Shown: positions 1-6,253 of the stretch, one piece after another | How positions within the stretch are numbered: position 1 is the stretch's first letter | How the letters are laid out: each line of letters starts with the position of its first letter | Origin: an archaeon | Lineage (GTDB): Archaea > Asgardarchaeota > Thorarchaeia > Thorarchaeales > Thorarchaeaceae | DNA length: 13,202 bases | Direction of reading: 5' to 3' | Assembly: GCA_024275415.1 (NCBI GenBank) | Contig: JAJRZD010000115.1 | Coordinates: 1 to 13,202, forward strand | Notes under the pieces: generated by a model | What the model saw: the letters and a program-made list of their open reading frames with translations, nothing else | Databases searched by the model: none | Told to the model about the DNA's origin: nothing | Translations under genes and position numbers: made by a program

Positions 1-231
1 ACCTACTGAACCTATATACTGATAGGCATCGCTCCCGTACAGGAAGGAGTATACAACAACTTCGATTACAGACACTAGTAATACTGGAATCACTGTAATC
101 ATCAAGTATTGCGGGAATCTCCTGCTCCAAAGTGAAATCGTCCGTGAAACAAGTCCCGTCCAGCTGACCGTAAAGTCTTGATCTTGTAGGTCTGCTGGCG
201 CCTCAAAAATTGGACCTTCGTCAAATGCCAA
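1..231 (-). CDS. Membrane protein, N-terminal 77 aa only (runs off the left edge; absent from the ORF track)
   Basis: Manual translation from TTG at 231: MAFDEGPIFEAPADLQDQDFTVSWTGLVSRTISLWSRRFPQYLMITVIPVLLVSVIEVVVYSFLYGSDAYQYIGSVG. The frame is open to base 1, a GAGGAGG RBS lies 7 nt upstream, and there is a hydrophobic TM-like segment (YLMITVIPVLLVSVIEVVVYSFLY). Confidence 0.65.
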   Translation of the reverse strand, partial: MAFDEGPIFEAPADLQDQDFTVSWTGLVSRTISLWSRRFPQYLMITVIPVLLVSVIEVVVYSFLYGSDAYQYIGSVG

Positions 232-238
232 GTTATGT

Positions 239-245
239 CCTCCTC
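239..245 (-). promoter_or_regulatory. Shine-Dalgarno site of the 1..231 gene
   Basis: GAGGAGG on the minus strand with a 7-nt spacer to TTG. Confidence 0.55.
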
Positions 246-269
246 ATACTTGAGAGGATACATGAACTC

Positions 270-275
270 TTATAA
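270..275. promoter_or_regulatory. Possible TATA box in the divergent intergenic region
   Basis: Palindromic TTATAA about 25 nt upstream of the minus-strand RBS. A second candidate, CTATAA at 327..332, lies upstream of dut. Confidence 0.3.
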
Positions 276-369
276 TCACTTTCTTTTTGACGCATCAGAA
301 ATCGTATTAGATTGTGATGGCAATCTCTATAACTCTCACCCAGTCTTTTGTTTCAGAGAGGAATCTGTA

Positions 370-813
370 ATGAAGGATGAGCAAGTCGTTGTGAAGGTGA
401 AGCGGCTCATATCGGGAAGTTTCCTACCGGCTCGAGCAAAAGAAGGGGATGCCGCTTTTGATTTGTATTCCATTACAGACCATATGATGATGCCCGGTGA
501 AACATATGGGGTGCCAACAGGTATTGCCTTGGAGATTCCTGCCGGATATGAAGGACAAGTACGCCCTAGAAGTGGACTGGCTTTGAAGCACGGAATCACA
601 ATCCTTAACTCACCTGGAACCATTGACAGCGGATATAGAGGAGAGGTCAAGATCATTGTCCATAACATGAGTGATGAGCCATTCAACATCACAAAAGGCA
701 TGAGGATTGCGCAGATAGCGATTCGCCCTGTTCCCGATGTCCAATTCATCGAGGTGGATACTCTTGAGGGATCTGATCGAGGTGACGGGGGATTCGGAAG
801 TACTGGCATTTGA
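370..813 (+). CDS. dut: Trimeric dUTP diphosphatase (dUTPase)
   Basis: All five dUTPase motifs are present: AAFDL, RPRSGLALK, GTIDSGYRGE, RIAQ, RGDGGFGSTG. Start reassigned from 235 to ATG 370 (MKDEQVVVKVKRL), which follows GAGGA; the 45 upstream codons do not resemble dUTPase and overlap the divergent gene's RBS/promoter. Confidence 0.95.
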   Translation: MKDEQVVVKVKRLISGSFLPARAKEGDAAFDLYSITDHMMMPGETYGVPTGIALEIPAGYEGQVRPRSGLALKHGITILNSPGTIDSGYRGEVKIIVHNMSDEPFNITKGMRIAQIAIRPVPDVQFIEVDTLEGSDRGDGGFGSTGI

Positions 814-899
814 TGTCTTCAGCGGAATGCTTTTCGATGAGCGGCAGTGGAAACTCCATCTATCTACACCGTCTGCTAGCAAGTGTCAGTGGCATTCTC

Positions 900-1442
900 T
901 CATCCCATCCTTCTGAGATACCACCCGATGTCTACAAGGTTCTTGGCGACCAGCTTTTCTTTTGAAAGCCTTACGAGCCGTTCTCCATCAATCGACAATG
1001 CCGCCAACCCAATGACCTGACCGTCTTGATCTATTACTACCACTCGTTGTCTGCGTTTCAGGGTAGTATTCAGCCTGACAACGCCCTCTTTGATTATGCT
1101 CTTTCCGTACGTGAATGATTCGGCACTTAACCTATTCACGATGATGATGTTCTCTGTAAGAGTGGATAGGTGTTCCAGAATAGGTAGACCCAGCCGAAAT
1201 CTCTCATCTACCATGTCACCTAGCCATAAGCCAATGTGATGCATCTCGAAATCATCAAGATTCTCATCCGCCAGTGTCATCCAGTCATAAGGGATTAGGT
1301 ATATCGACTGGGAGCCCTCTCTGGCTATGACGGCAGGCACTCGGTTGGCAAGGATACTCCTAGTAACGCCTTCTCCAAAGTCTGAATCAATCTGAGTCTG
1401 CACAGATTGCCACAGGATGGGATCTGCAAGTTCTAGTTTCAT
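900..1442 (-). CDS. nip7: NIP7-like ribosome biogenesis protein with C-terminal PUA domain
   Basis: AESFTYGKSIIKEGV and terminal DIGWYLRR match the NIP7 family pattern (xFLYGxxxxKxG ... DxGxYLR); PUA-type VVVIDQDGQVIGLA; AGGAG RBS upstream; adjacent to a NOP2-family gene. Confidence 0.85.
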   Translation of the reverse strand: MKLELADPILWQSVQTQIDSDFGEGVTRSILANRVPAVIAREGSQSIYLIPYDWMTLADENLDDFEMHHIGLWLGDMVDERFRLGLPILEHLSTLTENIIIVNRLSAESFTYGKSIIKEGVVRLNTTLKRRQRVVVIDQDGQVIGLAALSIDGERLVRLSKEKLVAKNLVDIGWYLRRMG

Positions 1443-1494
1443 TCATATCCAACTCCTATTTTCCCACGCACAGGCACGACTCGATAGATGATGA

Positions 1495-2478
1495 TCACCC
1501 TCCCTTCTTCATCTTGCACATGAAGAACCCCTCTGTCCCGTGAAGATGCGGGAGGAACCTACGAGCATGCTTCAACGAGTCATCCAATTGGACCCCATAC
1601 GGATTGGGATAACCCGGACTACCAAACTCGATGTCTATTGGGACGACTCTTATCTCAGGATATTTCCGCAGGATGTCATCGATGACGTATTCGTTTTCTT
1701 CCGGTGCTATCGAGCATGTCGCATATACGATTTCTCCTCCAACCGCTAACCGTCTGATTGCACTGTCAAGGAGTTCGTCCTGCCGTGTCGCACAGTAACG
1801 GATATCAGCCATTGATTTGCTGGTCTTTCTGGAGGGATCTAGAGGGATCAAACCTTCTCCAGAGCAAGGTGCATCAAGGAGTATCTTTGTCGGTTCGAGG
1901 CTGGTCTGGTCTATCTTTCGAGCATCGCCTCTGAGCACAATTGCGTTAGTGACACCGCATCTGAGGATGTTGCTCTTGAGACTGCTCAGACGCGACTTGT
2001 CCTGTTCTACAGCGATCACAAGTCCTGAATTATCCATCAACTGTGCGAGATGAGTCGTTTTTCCTCCTGGTGCAGCAGCTAGGTCTGCCACGATGTCATC
2101 CGGCTTAGGATCCAGCACTTCCACTGTTGTCATTGAAGGAACGCCCTGAATGTAATAGTATCCAAGCATGTACTCGATTAGGCTCCCCGGGGAGTACCCT
2201 TTGAAGTCGGAGTAGTATCCGTACTGCAGCCAATGTATCTTTTCGAGTCCAACGCCTTTCCGCTCAAGACTCTCCACGGTTGAACTAGCATCGTTCCTCA
2301 AAGGGTTGACCCTGATAGCGGTTCTGATCGGTTTCTCGCATGCACTGAGGAACCGCAACGTTTCTTCTTGCCCCCACAAGCTCAGGTATCTCTCAATCAT
2401 ATATGGCAGGTATCCGTACCTCTTAGCAAGCTCCTTTGCCTTTGTCTTGAGTTCACGACGGGACATTAAGCATATCAT
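1495..2478 (-). CDS. NOL1/NOP2/Sun (RsmB/RsmF) family RNA cytosine-C5 methyltransferase
   Basis: Motif I DLAAAPGGKT, motif IV LLDAPCSGEG, motif VI VYATCSIAPEENE (both catalytic Cys present), C-terminal GTEGFF. The ATG overlaps the deaminase stop (ATGA); alternative in-frame ATG at 2466. Confidence 0.93.
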   Translation of the reverse strand: MICLMSRRELKTKAKELAKRYGYLPYMIERYLSLWGQEETLRFLSACEKPIRTAIRVNPLRNDASSTVESLERKGVGLEKIHWLQYGYYSDFKGYSPGSLIEYMLGYYYIQGVPSMTTVEVLDPKPDDIVADLAAAPGGKTTHLAQLMDNSGLVIAVEQDKSRLSSLKSNILRCGVTNAIVLRGDARKIDQTSLEPTKILLDAPCSGEGLIPLDPSRKTSKSMADIRYCATRQDELLDSAIRRLAVGGEIVYATCSIAPEENEYVIDDILRKYPEIRVVPIDIEFGSPGYPNPYGVQLDDSLKHARRFLPHLHGTEGFFMCKMKKGG

Positions 2479-2930
2479 TCTCCAATATCTTCATCCCACA
2501 ACTCCGGCTTTTCCTTGATGAAGTTAGTCATGAGCTCGACACACCTGCTATCATCAAGGACATCGACCATGACACCTCTCGACATCAGGTATGACTCTGG
2601 GCCTTTGAATGTCCGGTTCTCGCCGACGACCACTTTCGGAATCTTGTAAAGCAGGACTGCTCCACTGCACATATCACAGGGAGAAAGTGTGGAGTACAGA
2701 ACCGCGCGTCTGTAGTCTTTCGCCTTCAACCGTCCTGCATTCTCGAGGCAGTCCATCTCGGCGTGGAGTACGACACTCCCTTCTTGCACTCGCTTGTTAT
2801 GACCTCGCCCTACGATATTGTCGTCAATCACAAGAACCGAACCAATCGGGATACCTCCTTCTTCTAGCCCTTTTACTGCTTCTTCGATCGCGGCGTTCAT
2901 GAACGTTGTATGTTCTTCCATTGGCATCAT
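2475..2930 (-). CDS. Zn-dependent cytosine/nucleoside deaminase, FCY1-type (CDA fold)
   Basis: HAE and PCDMC zinc motifs. EGGIPIG, GRGHNKR, LSPCDMCSGA, VVGENRTF and terminal WDEDIGE closely follow yeast Fcy1 as I recall it. Confidence 0.9.
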   Translation of the reverse strand: MMPMEEHTTFMNAAIEEAVKGLEEGGIPIGSVLVIDDNIVGRGHNKRVQEGSVVLHAEMDCLENAGRLKAKDYRRAVLYSTLSPCDMCSGAVLLYKIPKVVVGENRTFKGPESYLMSRGVMVDVLDDSRCVELMTNFIKEKPELWDEDIGE

Positions 2931-2936
2931 TCTCTC

Positions 2937-4184
2937 CTATCTTTCCAGTGCATCCACAAGCTCGGTCACATCAGGTGAAATGATTGGAACCTTGGGTGTC
3001 AGTCTGTCCGGTGTGGCTAGGTCTTTGAACCCTGAACCTGTGATAGGGACTACTACCTTGTCAGTCCTATCGATCGTGCCGTCATTCAGTAGATATTCCA
3101 AACCTGCGAGCGCTGCTACACCGCTGGGCTCTGCGAATATCCCTTCTTGCTTTCCGAGCAGAACGAGATACCGCTCGATGTCTTCATCCCGAACAGACAC
3201 TGCCTGACCATCGGCAATCTTTAGGTACTTGAGTGCTGCGTCGCCATCCCAGGGGAATGGGTCTGCCAGCCCTCCGGCAACCGTGTCATTCGAATCCCAC
3301 GGGATGATATCCAATGGGTCTTGGTTCTCTTTGAAAGCTCGCACGATGGGTGAACAACCTTCAGGCTGTACGACGACCGGATGCGGCAGGGACTCGATGA
3401 AACCAAGCTCCTTGAACTCCCAGAATCCCTTCATGGTGCCAGCCATGAGACCTCCGCTTCCTGTGGGAAATAGTATCCAATCTGGCACATCCCAGCTCAT
3501 CTGTTCGGCCATCTCATAACCCAGCGACTTGGTTCCTTCGAACTGAAAGCCATTGAATGGTCCGAACGATGGTGTCGGTGTCCATCCGAGTTCAGCGCAT
3601 GCACGGTTCAACAATGTAGTGGTTGGATCCACGCCCTCCTCGACCTTTCGTACCCTGAAAACATGAGCACCAAGGGTGCGAAGATGTATCAGCTTTCCAG
3701 CAGGTGCATTCTCAGGGACGAACACTACCGCCCTGAGCCCCGCCCTTGCAGCATAGGTCGCCATGGAGGCAGCCGCGTTCCCAGATGATGCGGCAGAAAC
3801 AGTTTCTACGCCGTCCTCTTTTGCCCGGGTCACTCCTACGCAGATTGGTCTGTCTTTAAAGGAACCCGATGGGTTCATGGTTTCTATCTTGAAGAACAGG
3901 TTACTCATCCCGAGCATCTCTGCCAAGTTATTGCTGAGGACTAAAGGAGTATTTCCCTCCCCTAACGAGATGGCACTCTCTTTTTTCCTGACTGGCATGA
4001 ACTCGAAGTATTTCCAAAGCCCCTCCTTCCGGCTCTCGATGTCTGCCTGTGTGATGGTATCCTTGATTGCTTCAAGGTCAAGGATTACATCGATTCGTCC
4101 GCCACACCCATCATTTGCAGGGACGGTATTCTCTTCGTATTCTTTCCCACACTTTGCACACTTGTATTGTCTGGTCGCAATCAC
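2937..4184 (-). CDS. thrC: Threonine synthase-like fold-type II PLP enzyme with N-terminal Zn-ribbon; substrate uncertain
   Basis: CAKCG ribbon, SLGEGNTPL, NPSGSFKDR (PLP Lys110), SSGNA, EGTKSLGYE, PTGSGG, AEPSG, TGSGFKD. GTG start preceded by GGAGGTTGGTGA. Confidence 0.85.
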   Translation of the reverse strand: MIATRQYKCAKCGKEYEENTVPANDGCGGRIDVILDLEAIKDTITQADIESRKEGLWKYFEFMPVRKKESAISLGEGNTPLVLSNNLAEMLGMSNLFFKIETMNPSGSFKDRPICVGVTRAKEDGVETVSAASSGNAAASMATYAARAGLRAVVFVPENAPAGKLIHLRTLGAHVFRVRKVEEGVDPTTTLLNRACAELGWTPTPSFGPFNGFQFEGTKSLGYEMAEQMSWDVPDWILFPTGSGGLMAGTMKGFWEFKELGFIESLPHPVVVQPEGCSPIVRAFKENQDPLDIIPWDSNDTVAGGLADPFPWDGDAALKYLKIADGQAVSVRDEDIERYLVLLGKQEGIFAEPSGVAALAGLEYLLNDGTIDRTDKVVVPITGSGFKDLATPDRLTPKVPIISPDVTELVDALER

Positions 4185-4188
4185 GATG

Positions 4189-4200
4189 TCACCAACCTCC
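4189..4200 (-). promoter_or_regulatory. Shine-Dalgarno region of the thrC-like gene
   Basis: GGAGGTTGGTGA upstream of GTG 4184. Confidence 0.55.
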
Positions 4201-4308
4201 TACCCCTGAGTTGTACTCTCGTTAAGTGAGTTTCGTTCACTGATGCATAGAAAGACCTAACACAATGCTATATGATGAACCTATCATCGCCTGTCTGGTG
4301 GGAATACA

Positions 4309-4902
4309 ATGAATACATCCAGTTTCGAGGTCGAGGTGAAAATCCCTATCCAAGATGTAGAAGAGGTGGAACGGAAAATACGGGAGGTAGGCGGGGTGAA
4401 GACGAATAGCGAAACCCAGATTGACACCTATTTCAACCATCCGTGCAGAAACTTTGAGAGCACAGACGAGGCACTGCGGATAAGGAAAAGGGAACGAATC
4501 TCTGTCAGCAATAGCAGTTCAGCCGTTCCTGATACAAAGGTCGAGGTCACCTTCAAGGGCCCTAAGATTGATGATACCACCAAGACCCGTGTCGAGGTGT
4601 CCGCTGCCGTCAATGATGCTGTTAGTATGAGTTCCATCCTATCATACCTTGGATTCCGCGAAGTGGCGACTATCGTCAAAGAACGTATTTTTTTCACACT
4701 CGGTGATATGGTCGTAAGCATTGACTCTGTTAAGAAGGTCGGGACCTTCCTCGAAGTGGAGCAAATCGTCGAATCAGAGGACATGGTTCCTGAAACAAAA
4801 GATATGATATTCACATTCCTTGACAGTATCGGGTTGGAACGTGAAGATTCGATTAGGGAATCTTATCTCGAGCTATATCTGGAACGAACATCCTCTTCCT
4901 GA
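4309..4902 (+). CDS. cyaB: CYTH-domain protein (class IV adenylate cyclase CyaB family / triphosphate tunnel metalloenzyme)
   Basis: N-terminal EVEVK (ExExK), QIDTYF, ALRIR, TFKGP, R.E, K.R, D.V..VG.FLEVE, SYLEL. Actual cyclase activity cannot be inferred; many CYTH proteins are triphosphatases. Confidence 0.9.
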   Translation: MNTSSFEVEVKIPIQDVEEVERKIREVGGVKTNSETQIDTYFNHPCRNFESTDEALRIRKRERISVSNSSSAVPDTKVEVTFKGPKIDDTTKTRVEVSAAVNDAVSMSSILSYLGFREVATIVKERIFFTLGDMVVSIDSVKKVGTFLEVEQIVESEDMVPETKDMIFTFLDSIGLEREDSIRESYLELYLERTSSS

Positions 4903-4924
4903 TAGAATACATCGTCCGGTTTCA

Positions 4925-4961
4925 TCAGATTCGGCTCTTCATTATCTTCTATCCTCATCAT
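4925..4961 (-). ncRNA. Candidate box C/D guide sRNA (compact, single guide)
   Basis: Intergenic ATGATGA (box C, 4961-4955) and CTGA (box D, 4928-4925). The segment GAAGAGCCGA (4940-4931) is complementary to UCGGCUCUUC of the LSU rRNA peptidyl-transferase region. No clear C'/D' pair. Confidence 0.3.
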
Positions 4962-4999
4962 CTGCGGCATTCTATCGAGTTCTCACAAACCGACTGCAT

Positions 5000-5024
5000 G
5001 GTTGAAGGCCGACGGCCTTCAACC
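5000..5024. terminator. Perfect 11-bp hairpin between convergent genes (terminator/processing or REP-like element)
   Basis: GGTTGAAGGCC-GAC-GGCCTTCAACC, extendable with ATG/CAT across one bulge. Confidence 0.45.
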
Positions 5025-5041
5025 CATCTTTAAATCCGATG

Positions 5042-5404
5042 TTAACGCAGCAGCCAGACGGCATCGACAGAAGTGACTTCTCCCAATGTGATAAATGATG
5101 TCACTTCTCCACGTACGACAACGATGGATCCTAAAGCCGGTTTGTCACCATCCCATGTGAACGCGAGGGAATTCCCATCGTCGTCAGTTATCGTCATGAC
5201 GTCCTGAAATATGAATGTCAGCTCACCTTTTACAGTGACCTTTGTTCCAGTACTCACATCTCCACTATTGATATCGCCTATTGATGTAACTCCTATCAAT
5301 CCGTCATGCCATGCTACGACACTGACAGCTATAACAGCAACAACCGCGATAACAAGAACAACTCGTTTGTTCGATTTTCCAGATTTTCGTTTCTTTTTTG
5401 GCAT
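5042..5404 (-). CDS. Membrane-anchored extracytoplasmic OB-fold-like protein
   Basis: Basic N-terminus (MPKKKRKSGKSNKR), one hydrophobic helix, then a beta-rich domain with IGDI....G..VTVKGEL and VVVRGEV strands typical of OB barrels. Confidence 0.65.
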   Translation of the reverse strand: MPKKKRKSGKSNKRVVLVIAVVAVIAVSVVAWHDGLIGVTSIGDINSGDVSTGTKVTVKGELTFIFQDVMTITDDDGNSLAFTWDGDKPALGSIVVVRGEVTSFITLGEVTSVDAVWLLR

Positions 5405-5434
5405 TGGCGCTCAGGGGAACGATTACCATTGCCC

Positions 5435-5456
5435 TATAATAATTAAGTGGCTTAAT
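5435..5456. promoter_or_regulatory. AT-rich promoter-like segment with a 6-3-6 inverted repeat
   Basis: TTATTATA on the minus strand about 30 nt upstream of ATG 5404, abutting ATTAAG-TGG-CTTAAT (5442..5456). Confidence 0.25.
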
Positions 5457-5484
5457 AGACTCTGTGTGTTTTTGACACCGTGAT

Positions 5485-6132
5485 TCACTCCACTATGGAC
5501 GCTTCTTCTCTCAGACGTTCGACGAACTTCTTTAGCAATTCGTGTCTTTCATCGGCAAGGTGGCGTGCAACATCTGTGTAAAGGAGGCTCCGTAACTTTA
5601 GCAGCTTCTCGTAGGCATGATTGATGAATCCTGTAATACCCGTTCCAGAAACAGATGCCTGTGCAATCGATCTGAACACGCCCACTGCGCCCATCGCATC
5701 GAGCTTGTCCGCATCACTTAGTATCTTTCCTTCAAGTGAAGTAGGTTCAAGGCCTTCGCTGAAACGGTGTGTCCTGATCGCCTCTACGACTCCCTGTATC
5801 TCATCTTCATTGTATCCTATATCCTTTAGAAACTCTCTACTCATTTCCCCTGATATGACCGAGTGAGATTTACCTAGCTCACGCTCAAATGGTCGTCCAA
5901 TGTCATGCAACAATGCTGCGGCACATAGCACTCGCAAATTAGCACCTAGTTTCTGCCCGACCTCCATGCATAGACGAAGGACTCGTCTTGAATGATCATG
6001 TGTGTGTGCTCCCTTTCCGTTACTTTCCAGTATCCTTCTTGCGTATGCGTCAACCATCTTTTCTGGGAACATGCTTTTCTCACAACTCATTGCCTTTTCC
6101 CGTTCTTTCGCAAAATCGACCGGTTCCACCAT
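5485..6132 (-). CDS. HD-domain metal-dependent phosphohydrolase (YedJ/YpgQ-like)
   Basis: AHTHDHSRRV, AALLHDIG, SH, AIRTHRFS, LSDADKLDAMGAVG, C-terminal A.ERH. The true start may be a downstream Met. Confidence 0.9.
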   Translation of the reverse strand: MVEPVDFAKEREKAMSCEKSMFPEKMVDAYARRILESNGKGAHTHDHSRRVLRLCMEVGQKLGANLRVLCAAALLHDIGRPFERELGKSHSVISGEMSREFLKDIGYNEDEIQGVVEAIRTHRFSEGLEPTSLEGKILSDADKLDAMGAVGVFRSIAQASVSGTGITGFINHAYEKLLKLRSLLYTDVARHLADERHELLKKFVERLREEASIVE

Positions 6133-6152
6133 ATTAAATCACCGACTATGCC

Positions 6153-6166
6153 AGAAACGCTTTAAT
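6153..6166. promoter_or_regulatory. Possible BRE/TATA in the divergent HD / surface-protein promoter region
   Basis: AGAAACGCTTTAAT; reads TTAAAG on the minus strand about 28 nt before the HD ATG. Confidence 0.25.
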
Positions 6167-6253
6167 CATTAGGTGCCGTCTGAATAATGCTAATTAGAAG
6201 TACGCCTTTCTTACACTGATAAGCGCCACTGATGGCAACGAGAGGTATTAGAC

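Noticed and set aside
235-369. 45-codon N-terminal extension of dUTPase in the ORF track
   Set aside because: Unlike dUTPase, overlaps the divergent gene's RBS/promoter, and a better RBS-linked ATG exists at 370.
336-882. Antisense ORFs 336..809 and 610..882
   Set aside because: Shadows of dut with Ser/Pro-rich, motif-free translations.
836-890. SECIS-like ATGA-stem-AAA element after dut
   Set aside because: The 3' GA of the kink-turn core is missing, and dut ends at its natural C-terminus with no in-frame Sec codon.
1488-1494. Other ATGATGA box-C-like words (also 4272..4278 and 12940..12946)
   Set aside because: No box D (CTGA) at a suitable distance.
3280-3300. TTCGAATCCC resembling a tRNA T-loop
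   Set aside because: Lies inside the thrC-like CDS and has no cloverleaf.
2937-4184. Cysteate synthase identity for the ThrC-like protein
   Set aside because: The PLP-lysine motif is SFKDR, not the SFKELE type I associate with cysteate synthases.
2818-4814. Opposite-strand ORFs 2818..3207, 3229..3519, 3763..4209, 4237..4440, 4428..4814
   Set aside because: Overlap well-supported genes on the other strand and lack recognisable motifs or RBS.
4900-4928. Hammerhead ribozyme (CUGAUGA core on the minus strand)
   Set aside because: No stem II followed by GAAA.
4863-4970. 35-aa acidic minus-strand ORF MPQMMRIEDNEEPNLMKPDDVFYQEEDVRSRYSSR
   Set aside because: No RBS, overlaps the cyaB 3' end in antisense, no motif. 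It remains the alternative explanation for the purine-rich stretch proposed as a C/D RNA.
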